A program made the position numbers and the translations under genes. Source: Octopus vulgaris (taxonomy: Eukaryota). Taken from it: 64,000 nt of DNA. This document shows, in pieces, positions 49,087-61,799 of the stretch (positions are counted from its first letter, which is position 1; each line of letters opens with the position of its first letter). The notes beneath the pieces are model-generated. The model saw only the letters and a list, made by a program, of their open reading frames with translations. It ran no database searches and was not told where the DNA came from. The stretch is taken from contig OX597817.1 of the NCBI GenBank assembly GCA_951406725.2, forward strand, positions 111,910,001 through 111,974,000, read 5' to 3'.

Positions 49087-50400
49087 AGGATGTGGGGGCA
49101 TTTGAGGACATTTCGTTTTTAGTTCATAACACCTGCAAATTATTTAGCGTATCATTTTTTTTTCAGATAACCCTTTCAAGATATCATGCTAACTCAAGGA
49201 ATTAAAAGACATACAGAGTGATTTAAAAATTTGGAACTTTCTAAATTTTGCAAGATCATTTGTACACAAAGTTCGGTTGGAACTGGAAGCACATGGTGGT
49301 AATGGTTCAGCTGTATCACACACTAAAAGGACACCATCCAAACGTGGCCGTTGCCAGTGCCATCCGATCGTGGCCATTGCCAGCCTTGCCTGACCCCGTG
49401 CCGGTGGCACGTAAAAAGCGCCATCCGATCGTGGCCATTGCCAGCCTTGCCTGACCCCGTGCTGGTGGCACGTAAAAAGCACTATCCGATCGTGGTCGTT
49501 GCCAGCCTCGTCTGGCCCCTCGTCTGGCTTCCCAGACCCCAGTTGAACTATCCAACCCATGCTAGCATGGAAAGCGGACGCTAAATGATGATGTTCAAAA
49601 TATTATTGATGAAAACCCCAGAAGATCAATGATGTCCATTGCTAAAGAACTTTGGGTGTCAGAGTGGACTATCAGAACTTTGGTAGATCGTGACAGTCTA
49701 TGCAAGTCCTATGTAATGAGCAAAGACCAATTTGTGTCTGCAAAGACACAAGAAAACCATCTCATCTGTTCAAAATGGTTACTTAAAGTGAAAAACCTTC
49801 ATGAACAAGGCATGTTTTGGTCTTTCACTGACGTAAAAATCTTCAACCAGGATCAAAAGTCTAACAAGAAATGGTAGGTGGTTATGTGCAAAACCTTCCA
49901 AAGTACCCAGAGTGATGCTCACAAAATTTCCAGCAACTGTTACGGTTTTAGGTGTGGTGAGTTGCGATGGTCATGTGATGCCTCACTACTATCTTTCACA
50001 GGGTCGTAGAATTAATGCTGCTGGACACATTGAGGTACTGGAAACTCTTATCAAGTCCTGGATTGATGAAGCATGCAATGGAAGGCCATATGTGCTTCAA
50101 CAAAACTCAGCACCTCCTCACAAGGCCCTAACCACCCAAGAATCTTTAGGATTATGTAACACCCAATATGTGGCCTACAAATTTGCCATATTTGAACCCC
50201 ATGGACTACAACATGTGGAGCACTGCTGAAAAGGAGACTAATCGTCATCTTGATAATACCATAGCCTCACTGAAGGCCACCATTGTCCAGGTGATGTCAG
50301 AAATGAATAAGGACCATATAGTGTCAGCATGCCAGTGATTTTGGTCCAGCATTGAAGCAGCCATTGAACCTGAAGGTGGTTTCATAGAATAATTTGCTTA
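49087..50400 (+). mobile_element. Tc1/mariner (maT/DD37D-like) transposon relic with inserted RTE 3' fragment
   Basis: FWSFTDVKIFNQD, TKFPATVTVLGVVSCDG, RPYVLQQNSAPPHKA; RTE tail inserted at ~49320-49593. Confidence 0.8.
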
Positions 50401-52024
50401 AAAAATCATTATCAAGACTAGTTGCACAAATGTTTATTAAAATATATATTTATGCTGAAATATAAGTCTACCATATTCACTCATAAGGCTTCAGTCTCAA
50501 TGAGTTGAAATTTACTTTTAGCTGGAGAAATAAAACAAAAGTCAAGCTACAATTATTAGTAGTTCTGAAGAAGAAGAGAGATAATTTCAAGACATTAAGA
50601 ATGGAGAGTATTGAGTTTTGAGTAAGACAGTGATGAAGAAATTAAACCAAACTTGCTTTATATGTATATTTTGAAATTTTAAGTTATGTTTTATTAAACT
50701 TCCAGTTTTAGAAATATTCTAGAAAAATAGGCCACTTTTGTATAAGCATTTACCTGAAAGTACAATATATGTGCACATGTAATAACATTGCTTTAATTGC
50801 TGGTCTAATAAGGTCCACAATCAATGTATGTATCAACAGATGAGTTAGATACTCATGTTTATTTGCTGAATAGTTTAACATGTTAACCACCATGGACTTT
50901 TACTAGAACTTACTGGTGATGCCACATATTTCATGTGCTGTTGCTCACAATGTAGTGACAGCTGTGACAGAAGGAGATGAGTGTGTTCAACTTCTGAGGC
51001 ACTATCTAGCAATGCAATGTGTACCACCTACAGCCAAATGGCCAAAGACAGATATGAAACAGTCTTGGAGCACCAGTGGTATAACAAATAAAGTTTGTAA
51101 ATTTTTATATCTTTTATTTTTCATATAATATCTGGTCAATTTAACATGTATTATGTAATTTGATTTTATCAATTTATGAAAATAAACTAAATATTTTCAG
51201 ACACAATGAATGAATCAAAATTCTATGGGAATCAAGGAGCGTTGTCATCTGAAGATGCAGCAGAAGACAACATTTCTGAATATTCCCAGCATGAAAGAAA
51301 ATCAAATGATGAAGCCATCGATTTGATAGTTACAGAAGCAAACAAATATTTTGAAGATACAGTAGGCAAGATATTACTAGAAGATCTAAAATGAAAATGG
51401 AAACAGTAACACAAGCAGATATTCATAAATTACTAGGAATTCTAATTTTGATGGGTTTGAACAAACAACCAACAAATTACTGGTCCAAAAGTGAAATGTC
51501 TAGAGTTGAACTGATACAGAATACTATGTCTAGAAATAAATTCAAATCAATTCTGCATTATGCTTGCAACAGTCAATCAGCTATTACTGATTGGTTGTAC
51601 AAATTGTGGCTACTTATCAAACTGAAAACATACAGATGAAAAATAAAAACAGGTCAATGAAGACATGGCACAGAGAAACGTCACTGTGCTGGACTACAAA
51701 ACAGCAAAAAAGGGGGTAAATTACTCAATTCAGAGGGCAGCTTGCTATTCCTTCTTTGCAAAGTTAGGAAATGGTATAAAAAGCTGTGTTTAAACACAGT
51801 CTAGGCATTTCTGTTGTGAATTTTGTTCAATAAGTACCACACTTTGAAAATTCTGTCAGTGAAAACATTATGAGAATCTTTAGTCTCATCACTTCTAACA
51901 GGTAATCTTACAGAAGAAATTGAAAATGGAAGGTACTCTGAAAAGGGGGCCATTCTGTCATACTTGTAGAACTGGAAGGAAACTGCAGAGACGTAAGGAA
52001 ATGAATGTCAAGAATGTTATGATA

Positions 52025-52941
52025 TAATTAATCAAAATCAAATTCAATGATTGACATCCATGCTAGTGGAGTGCTAAGAGCACCATCCGAGCATGATCGT
52101 TGCCAGAGCGGCTAACTGGCTTCTGTGCCGGTGGCACGTAAAAAACACCATTCAAGCGTGATCGTTACCAGCATCGCCTTACTGGCACTTGTGCTGGTGA
52201 TACGTGAAAAAACATTCGAGTGAGGTTGTTGCCAGTACTGCTAGATTGGCTCCTGTGCAGGTGGCACGTAAAAAAAAACATATTTGAGCGTGGCCGTTGC
52301 CAGTACCGCCTGACTGGCCCTCGTGCTGGTGGCACGTAAAAGCACCCACTACACTCTCAGAGTGGTTGGCGTTAGGAAGGGCATCCAGCTGTAGAAACTC
52401 TGCCAGATCAAGATTGGAGCCTGGTGCAGCCATCTGGTTAGCCAGTCCTCAGTCAAATCGTCCAACCCATGCTAGCATGGAAAGTGGACATTAAACGACA
52501 ATCAAATCAAACCAAATCAAAATAGATGAACATCAATGGAATTTGTATCCTTGTGGTACCAGTGCCGTTGGCACATAAGAAAACCATCCGAACGTGGCCG
52601 TAGCCAGTACCGCATTGACTGGCCTCCGTGCTGTGGGCACGTAACAAACACCATCCGATCGTGGCCGTTCGTCAGCCTCGTCTGGCACCTGTGTTGGTGG
52701 TACATAAAAAAACACCATCCGAGCGTGGCCGTCTGCCAGCCTTGTCTGGCACCTGTGTCGGTGGCACATCACCCACTACACTCTCGGAGTGGTTGGCATT
52801 AGGAAGGGCATCCAGCTGTAGAAACACTGCCAGATCTGACTGGCCTGGTGCAGCCTTCGGGCTTGCCAGACCCCAGTTGAACCGTCCAATCCATGCTAGC
52901 ATGGAAAGCGGACGTTAAACGATGATGATGATGATGATGAT
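52025..52941 (+). mobile_element. Two tandem RTE LINE 3'UTR fragments
   Basis: Each starts at an (AAATC)n run and carries ~55-nt repeats; the second (52500-52941) is near-identical to 5395-6089 and ends in (GAT)n. Confidence 0.88.
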
Positions 52942-53251
52942 GCAGTCACAGCCAAAAAAGTAAGAAGAGTGAAGACTGTGTGTAATAAGTGTGAAAATAA
53001 GCCTGTGCTGTGTCTATCATGCTTTGAAAGATTGCACAGTAAGTTAAGCTGTAAAAACACCTATAGTGTCTCAGGAAATGCTTATTTCATTTTTTAGATA
53101 GGAAATAAAGTTTTAAATTTCTGGTAACACTGCATACTATTTAATTACAAAGAAATTTAGTGCACCTGATCACTGTATACAATAGGTTCATTATATTATA
53201 TAAATGTAATTTTTTTTGCTTTTTAACAATATTTCATTATCAAGCTTTAAT

Positions 53252-53715
53252 TGTACATTATTTACATTTGATGGATATTTGTCCTCATCTTGTTTGTTGT
53301 TAACAAAATGTTTCAGCTGATATACCCTCCAGCCTTCTTCAGGTGTCTTGGGAAATTTCGAACCTGGGTTTTCATTCCTACGGTATTTTTTGATATTATT
53401 ATTATTATTGTTCAGGTCACTGCTTGGAATCGAACTCGGAATCTTGGGGTTAGTAGCCCATGCTCTTAACCCCTATGCCATATGGTGTAGCAGTTAAGAG
53501 CATGGGCTACTAACCTCAGGATTCCGAGTTTGATTCCAAGCAGTGACCTGAACAATAATAACAACATCGAAAATACCTTACGAATGAGAACCCAGGTTCG
53601 AAATTTCCCCAAGATACCTGAAGAAGGCTAGAGCGTATATCAGCCGAAATGTGTTAACAACAAACAAGATGAGAATGTAAATAATGTACATAATTCCTCA
53701 TCTCTGAAATATAGA
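53252..53715. mobile_element. Palindromic tRNA(Ser)-like + hammerhead retroelement with 13-bp TSD
   Basis: TSD ATCAAGCTTTAAT at 53239-53251 and 53716-53728; axis at ccatatgg 53478-53485; each arm has an A/B-box head followed by CTGAAGA..GAAA. Confidence 0.85.
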
Positions 53716-54092
53716 ATCAAGCTTTAATATTTAGCAATCATGTTATTTAAATATCCTTGAAACCATGTCAAAGATACAAAATAAAATATTTTCTCAAATT
53801 ATGAAAATGTACCACTGGTGGTGCATATGACTGTTTTGTGAAATTTGCTACAAACCACTGGTGGTACATGTGGTAGTTAACGTTAATATTATATCATTGT
53901 ATCTACATTTACTAAAAAATATCCAAAACTAAACCCATACATGTATCTTGTAGCTTTTAGTGTAGTATATAACAATAATATACTATACAATTTATTGAGA
54001 AAAGAAAAGTATTAGTTTAAAAGTAGGATGTCATTCTTGACATTTAACAAAATACATAGAAAACATTTGAGTAAAAAAATAAAGCAACAGAC

Positions 54093-54144
54093 CTGTCTTC
54101 TGGTAAAGTCTTTCAGCTGCAGTTTTAGTTAATTGAAAACCAAC
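54093..54144 (-). CDS. SCP2: SCP2/SCPx coding exon (small)
   Basis: tttttag|GTT ... ACA G|gtctgt; 52 nt; VGFQLTKTAAERLYQKT(G), equivalent to SCPx VGFDMSKEAARKCYEKSG. Confidence 0.9.
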
Positions 54145-55429
54145 CTAAAAATGTTCAATAAAAATGATAAATGTGAAAAAACAAACAAAAACAAACACCA
54201 GCAATAATGAAAAAAAATACAGAGTAGTTATCAAATGTAAAATAAAACAGTGCAAAACTATTTACTAAATACCAACACTACTGTATATTGTATTTTTTCT
54301 TTATTGCAACTAGAAATTAGAATTTTATAGAATAAACAAAACAAAAAAAAAAAAATCAACATTTTTCATTGTTAATATTCTGGGCCAGAATATTCAGCAC
54401 CGATGACATTGGAGACCAAATTTGACAGCCATGAAAGAAAGTAAAACTTTCATCCAAAAGTACTTTCTGAAGTAAAAGAGACTACAATTATGACTTTGAA
54501 GAATTGCACTAATGTACGGAGTTTGTAGTATTGCTGTAACTGATATATGAACAGAAGTCACAACCACTTATCTTGGACAGTATATATAATTTATGTGGAG
54601 ATAAGCAAATATTAAATAAATTTCATCCTATGTAGAGTGTTGGTCAAATGCCAGTCACTTTCTAGCAGTTGACCCCATCACAGCAAGCTATCAGTTTTAT
54701 TGTTGCTTATAATAGAGAACTATATTACACAGTGGTACCTATTTATAACTAAGCAGAATGAACTGTAATAAGTTGAATGCTTTATGTTCACAACATAAAT
54801 AGATACAGCAACATATGAATTGCTGAAACTTTCTGCACTGTTGAACTGGTTGTGCACAACTTTCAGTTTAAAAGGAAAGAGCTGATTTTAAAGTGACTCT
54901 CATTCACCTTTATCACAATAATATAGAATATTGTAAGATTTTGTAGACATATCAGTATCACTTGACATTCCAATACAAAGCAATTTGATTATCTAAATAT
55001 GATAGAGAGTTACAAAACATGTATAAAAGAGCATTAAGGTCAGACCAAAGCTTCATGAATAAATCATACAATATCTCGTGGAAGAGAATAGCATTATAAC
55101 TGGGATTGAAATTGTTGTAATTAGAATGAAAACAAGTAGTTTTGGTCTGTAACTATACAAACTGTTGATAAATAAAATGACAAAACTAAAAGCTCAAATT
55201 CATATTAATAGTCTGGTGTATATAGGAGCATAATAGTTTAATTTCTTTTCTAGCTCTTACAGATTCTGTTATGAGAACAAAATCATCAGTATATAGTAGT
55301 TCCCAGGAAATGCTGGTCTTAAATTCTTGTTATGGCCTGGAGGATGGTGAATAGGAGGAGAAATGATAACCAAGCCCTGGTGAACACTACCTGTACACTA
55401 AATTTGTTACTGACTTCATTGTTTACTCT

Positions 55430-55790
55430 TACCTTACTGACAGTGCCCCTGTACAGTTTTCACAAGTAATTCATCTATCCTTAGTTTCCTTGGAGGCTAC
55501 CATATCACAGAACATGATGTTCTGTTGAAAGCTTTCTCCAGGTCAATGAATTCCAAGTACAATAGTTTATTCTTAGCTAAATACTTCTGACAAAGAAGAC
55601 AGTATCAGTAGTACTTCTACCCTGCATAAAGTTAGACTAGATGAAACTATATTTCATTAATTAATTGGGTTATAACTATGTTACTTTCATCACTTGGTCC
55701 AGCAATTTGATACCTCTGTAATTATTTCTATCAAAGGCATCTCATTTACCCTAGTAGCAACTGACTATAATGATTCTACACCAGTCATGT
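55430..55790 (-). mobile_element. Degraded RTE LINE RT fragment
   Basis: Minus strand RNNYRGIKLLDQVMKVT, KYLAKNKLLYLEFIDLEKAF; homologous to 3880-4120. Confidence 0.8.
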
Positions 55791-55988
55791 ACATAGTATT
55801 CTCATAAATATATATCATATATGTTTAATATATACACATGTATGTTTAAATGTTTAATGCGTTTGATTCATAAATCAAGCTATATTAAAAATAATACTGT
55901 GTTAGTTATTGATAGGAAACATAATTGCTCTAGTCTTTATTTGACAGGAAACAAATAAATAAAATTAAAATATACTCTGAAATATTAC

Positions 55989-56136
55989 CAAATTTATGCT
56001 ATCAGTGTTAAATGTTGAAGACTGATCAGTGGACATTTCCATTCCTAATATTTTTACAGCTTGTGGCATTAAGTTATGCTTTCGAACAAATTTTTCACTG
56101 GCAAGTACAACTGCAGCACTTCCATCAGATGTTGGA
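55989..56136 (-). CDS. SCP2: SCP2/SCPx coding exon
   Basis: tag|T CCA ... TTG|gtaat; 148 nt; PTSDGSAAVVLASEKFVRKHNLMPQAVKILGMEMSTDQSSTFNTDSINL (thiolase CCPTSDG motif). Confidence 0.96.
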
Positions 56137-56828
56137 CTAAAATAAATTAAAAAAAAAAAAGAAACTTTAGGCATAATGTTTTTGGAATAATTTCTCCCCA
56201 AAATACCATGGTCATGGTCTGTAATACCAGAAACTTTATTAACTCTACACAACAACATTTTCGGAGTTTTTGAGAGTTCACAAAAGAACATAAGTACATG
56301 GTAAGGTTAATTGGTTAGCAGATTTCTTTACTTGTTGTTGGTGTTATTTTGGAGATTTCACCTCTTTGTTTTGGGAAGGTGAATGTTATCAGTCAAGCTT
56401 GTCATGGTATTGTTTGTAAACAAATTTATTTATCTTATTCTTTACTGCTCACAAAAAGATGTAGGTAGATGTAAGGGCCGGTTGGTCAGCAGATTTCTCT
56501 CTAGGAGTTAATTGCTCTAGAGGTTAATTGATTACTATTTGGAAATTTTAACCTTTGTGCTTTAGGGAGGTTAAGTTAGTGGACTGATGATGAGAAAGCA
56601 TTATTAGCTAACTATTTTTTTTTATAGGACTTTTTCCTGTCCTAATTTCAGTGTGATCATTTTAGTAGCCTCACTATCTAAAATGACATCTTTGTTTCAG
56701 ACTGTTAGTATTAAATAAGCAAATAAAGTGTTTAAGTAACATTATCCTATTAGAACATGTATATAGAATGCAAAATAATGTTATTTAAATTTAAAGGAGA
56801 TTACAAAGAACTCTAAAAGATAACTTAC

Positions 56829-56915
56829 CAGCACTGTAATTTAGTCAAAGGAAAATGAATTTCTTTAGATGAAAGTATTTCTTCATAAGTATAAGGCTCT
56901 TGGAACTGAGAATAA
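56829..56915 (-). CDS. SCP2: SCP2/SCPx coding exon
   Basis: cag|T TAT ... TGC TG|gtaag; 87 nt; YSQFQEPYTYEEILSSKEIHFPLTKLQC(C); phase matches neighbours. Confidence 0.96.
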
Positions 56916-57051
56916 CTGTAAAAATTTAAAACAAACAAATAAAAATAAGACACTAGAAAAGAAAAAAGACTGACATTTACTTTTTCTTCACATGAATAGC
57001 ATTTCACATGAAGAACACTGTTGATAATTAAACAAATATATATTTATACGA

Positions 57052-57305
57052 TAGCTTTGGGCCAACCAAAGCCTTGTGAATGGATTTGGTAGACGGAAAA
57101 AGAAAGATGCCAGTCATATATATATTTGTGTGTGTTTGTTTCCCTCACCATCACATGACAGCTGATGTAGTGTTTACATCCTCGTAACTTATCAGTTCAG
57201 CAAAAGAGACTGATAGAATAAGTACTAGGCTTACAAGGAATAAGTCTTGAGGTCAATTTGTTCAATTAGAAGGCAGTGCTTCAGCATGGTTGCAGTCAAA
57301 TGACT
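57052..57305 (+). mobile_element. SINE family A, 3' part
   Basis: accaaagccttgtgaatggatttggtagacgg..gaataagtactaggcttac. Confidence 0.75.
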
Positions 57306-57408
57306 ATTGAAAATTAGAACTTATAACATTACAGATTTTTGCCTAAACTTTACAACCTCTATGTCAAAGAGACAAGTATTTTCATAATTTTTATTATTAC
57401 TCTTTTCA

Positions 57409-59176
57409 TCTCTTATTATAAAAGGCAGATTTTATCTGCCTCCCTTTGTCACTTATAGAAATCTACAATATAGGATTTCTTCAATTACAATTTACCTAGC
57501 ATTTTTAAGAGTAGAATGCATCGGGTCGTGCCAGGTCCAGTTTTTAAAATTTAAACTCCAATTAAGCAAAATTTACAGAAAACTCACATTCTGGTGTGTA
57601 TGTCAAATGCTTTTCTTAATGTGGTTTACACAACACGCACAGTGTGCAACGAATAAAATGAAAGTAATTCACTTTTTGTAGTGAGTGACTCTTTCAGTCT
57701 GCCACTTCCTCTTTACACACATAGACACGCAAATATATAAATAAAATTGTAAGCTAACGTGCGTGTGAGTGAGTGCGTGTGTGTGTGTGTGTGCGCGTGC
57801 GTGAGTGTGTGACAGGAAAGTTTTTTAGGATGAATATAAAACCTATATCCAAGTAGCAGAAAGATCGCCCAAAAGTGTATATAGATATTTAAATGTATTT
57901 ATACATTCATCTATACACAGATGTATGTATAATGTGTGTGTATATATTTCCATACACGTAACCATTCACTCCGCACAAAGTTTTTTAGGACGAAAATAAG
58001 ATCTAAAGTTATCTCTAAGTAGCACAGAGATCGCCCAAAAGTGTATATAGATATATAAATCTATTTATATATTCATCTATGCACACATGTATGTATAACG
58101 TGTGTGTATATATTTCCATAGAGGTAACCATTCACTCCATACAAAGTTTTTTAGCACGAAAATAAGATCTAAAGTTATCTCTAAGAAACAGAAAGATCGC
58201 CCAAAAGTGTATATAGATATTTAAATGTATTTATATATTCATCTATACACACATGTATGTATAATGTGCGTGTATATATTTCCATAGAGGTAACCATTCA
58301 ATCCATACAAAGTTTTTTAGGACGAAAATATTTATATATAAAAGAAAGGTTGTGTGTCTGTCTACTCCGATTTAGATTCCTAACTACTCCCACATTTTGC
58401 GATGCAGTTTAACCAAAACCGGGTATCGTATAGTCGTGATTCATATCCAGCCCTTCTGGGTATTAGCGCGCGTCTACGATGAGTCTATGATTTTACAAAT
58501 AATTTACCATCATTTTTTCCCATTTTAATGCATATTTTTAAAAATAAACGGAAGTAACTCTCAAACTTCACACCAATATACGTGCTCATATGCGACGTAA
58601 TATCACATCAGCAGCATTTCCTCACACCCTCCTTGCACTTGGCGAAGGCAAAATACCAGGGGATGAAACTGGTAATATTGCCATCGATTCCATTTGTACC
58701 ATTGTTAAGACTCTGATCTGATCTCAGAGATGCAGTGTTCCCAGATCTACAAGCTAATTATCAGAATATGGATTGGATTGGCAAAAAGGCTATACTGGCC
58801 CCGAGGAATAAAACTGTTCACCATATTAATGATGAAATGCTAAAACTCATTCCTGGGGAAGTCTATGTATATCAGTCTATCGATACAACTCCTGACCCAG
58901 AGGACGTCATCAACTATCCAATAGAGGTACTCAATTCCTTTGAGCACCCCGGACTACCACCACACTTTCTCAAACTTAAAGTTGGTGCCCCTATAATGCT
59001 CATCAGAAATTTGGTTCCCCCAAAACAATGCAATGGCACACGTTTGATCGTTAAGTCCTTATCTCCCACCGTAAGCTTATATCAATATTTGCCTGAATAA
59101 TCATCATAATTCAGTGCAATCATTAACAGTACTTTCAAGCAATTCAGCCCCGAGCAACGCCGGGCAATTCTGCTAG
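57409..59176 (+). mobile_element. Non-autonomous/composite Helitron with internal tandem repeats and PIF1 remnant
   Basis: A|TC start; GCCCCGAGCAACGCCGGGC + CTAG|T end; AILAPRN..PPHFLKLKVGAPIMLIRNL..CNGTRL (58735-59100). Confidence 0.88.
57817..58330 (+). repeat. Tandem repeat, about 3 units of 160-166 nt
   Basis: aaagttttttag starts at 57817, 57977, 58143 and 58309. Confidence 0.9.
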
Positions 59177-60507
59177 TACGTAATAAAAATTAAAATTTAA
59201 CTACCTAACATGTAAACCATTTTTTAAAAAAATGAAGTTATTGGTAAAATATGAAACGTAAAATAACTTCAGATTACAATTATTGATTTCTTTAAAATGT
59301 TAAATCTGATCAGAATCTCAATAGATTTAAATTGTTTTCCTTCAATTATATATTCTCAATATAACTTAAACTGATTAGCAATTAACATTTCTGCAAGGGA
59401 ATTAATTAATTGTAAGTGCCAGCACCTAGTTATTGCAAAATTTAATTTAATATTAATCATCATTAATAACATTATTTAAGTTAGTAATCAACAAATTATA
59501 GAGTGCTCACATAGAAACTAATACAAATGAAGTTCAATCCAGCTGGCAATTCACCATTCTATTTGAAGAATGTTTACCTTCTAATATAATTTTTTAAACT
59601 GGGTATAAGGTTAATTTTTGTAGAAGAGATGTATAATCAAATGAATTGGCACCAGTATGTAACTGATAGTTATTGTATCAACCTTAGAAGATGGAAAATA
59701 ATGTTGACTTGATGGAAATTGAAATCAAAATGAAGAGAAATGAAAATAAATTTTGAAACATTTTGTTTAATACTTGATCATTTTTATCACCTTATTGGCA
59801 TTGTTTTAGTTTAATAAGTTTTTTAAAGTGTTATTCTAAATCATGCTTTAACCCACTAATAAAAGTTGCCCATATATCAATTTCAAAACGTCTTGATGTA
59901 AAAAGTATGAGAATGTATAAAAAAAGATAACAAAAATACATGCACATTTTGTAGTTGAATTAAGTAATATTAAATCAAAATTTAAATAATATTTCTTGTC
60001 AAACTTAATTTAGATTAATAGATAGTAGTCTTCATTTTGCTGCTTAAATTTAATTGCTCTAAAATTCTACATTCACAAGCAATAATAAAACTAATAATCC
60101 ACAATATTGATTTCTTACAAAGGGAAAGGCTAGCTGTTTGGAGGGAGGGAAGGAGGGTACAGTTGATAATAATAACCTAGTACTACACTGGGACAGTATC
60201 TAATCAACCTCAGAAGGGTAAATGATGAAGTCAACTTCGGTGGCATCTGATGTCAGAAGGGAAAGGGCCATTGCATAGTACTTTGTTACTTCAACAATTT
60301 TGACAATTGATTGTTTGTGTGTTTTTCTGTCTGTGTGAAATATCTAGAACTTTGTCTACTACTTATGCTTGGTAGATAAGATAGTAAGTAGAATACAAGG
60401 GAATTAATTAATTTGATAATCTTAAATAAGTGGGTTTGTTTTGACTTACTGCTATTCATTTAATTTTGTAAATTATATACTTCTGTAAATTGGTATTCTA
60501 ATTGATT

Positions 60508-61420
60508 TGTGCAAGAGAGACGTTTGCACTGGTATGGTCATTTGACGAGAAGGGCTGAAGATAGTTGTGTGAAAAAGTGCCACACCCTAGCGGTTGAGGG
60601 AACCTGTGGAAGGGGTAGACCCAGGAAAACCTGGGACGAGGTGGTGAAGCACGACTTCCGAACTTTAGGTCTCACTGAGGAAATGACTAGAGACTGAGAC
60701 CTATGGAAGTATGCTGTGCGTGAGAAGACCCGGCAGGACAAGTGAGACCATAACCCATGGCCTCTACCTGGGATGTAGCCAGTCCACTTGTGCATACCTT
60801 TCCGTCTTGGGACACAAAACTCTACTTGTGAAGACCTGTTGAGGCAAGTGGAAATCAGAATCAAAATCGAAATCGATCAACATCAATGGAAATTGTAGCT
60901 GTGATACCAGTACCGGTGGCACGTAAGCGAACCATCCAAACATGGCCGTTGCCAGTGCCGCCCCAACGGGCCTCTGTGCCGGTGGCATGTAAAAAGCACC
61001 ATCCAATCGTGGCCATTGCCAGCCTCGCCTGGTTCCCGTGCCGGTGGCATGTAAAAAGTACCATCCAACCGTGGCCGTTTGCCAGCCCCGTCTGGCACCT
61101 GTGCCGGTGGCACGTAAAAAGCACCATCCAATCATAGCTGTTGCCAGCCTCGCCTGGCCTCCGTGCCGGTGACATGTAAAAAGTACCATCCAACCGTGGC
61201 CGTTTGCCAGCACCGTCTGGCACCTGTGCCGGTGGCACGTAAAAAGCACCCACTACACTCACGGAGTAGTTGGCGTTAGGAAGGGCATCCAGCCGTAGAA
61301 ACATTGCCAGATCAGACTGGGCCTGGTGCAGCCTTCTGGCTTCTCAGACCCCAGTTGAACCGTCCAACCCATGCTAGCATGGAAAGCGGACGCTAAATGA
61401 TGATGATGATGATGATGATG
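60508..61420 (+). mobile_element. RTE LINE 3' fragment
   Basis: QERRLHWYGHL..GRGRPRKTWDEVVKHD, ~55-nt 3'UTR repeats, (GAT)n tail. Confidence 0.92.
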
Positions 61421-61799
61421 TAATGATAGAACATATTAAATGATCTTTTTAAAATCCAGAAGAAGATATGCAAAATATGTCAAAATTTTATGATTATGAA
61501 GAAATTAAATCTAAAGAGTCTGACAGAATGAGAAACCTAAAAGTAATGGATTATGCCAAAATCATAATCTCCATTCAAATATTAACAATTGATTAAGTAC
61601 AACGTGTAAGGGATATTAATGTTACTTTCAGAAATAGTTTTCTGTTATGCCACTGATATAAAGGTTGACAAGGTATCCAATAATTTCATATCATTACTGA
61701 CAACAAATATCGTTCACTATCTCTGCTTTCAAATAACTTATGATTTTGTATGTTAATGCAATTAGTTTGTGTCATGAGAGATTGTAGACCATTAGACAA

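Larger units (their letters stand above)
50887..53876 (+). mobile_element. piggyBac-family transposon relic with nested insertions
   Basis: IHKLLGILILMGL..NYWS..TMSRNKFKSILH (51391-51639); C-terminal VKTVCNKCENKPVLCLSCFERLH cysteine-rich domain; degenerate TTAA-flanked ends. Confidence 0.7.

Noticed and set aside
53484-53550. Functional tRNA genes (also 45911-45992 and SINE heads)
   Set aside because: Acceptor stems do not pair and the sequences are embedded in repeats; they are tRNA-derived heads only.
55965-57007. ORF-track starts for the 108-aa and 60-aa ORFs as real N-termini
   Set aside because: Only the internal parts are SCP2 exons bounded by AG/GT; the rest is intronic read-through.
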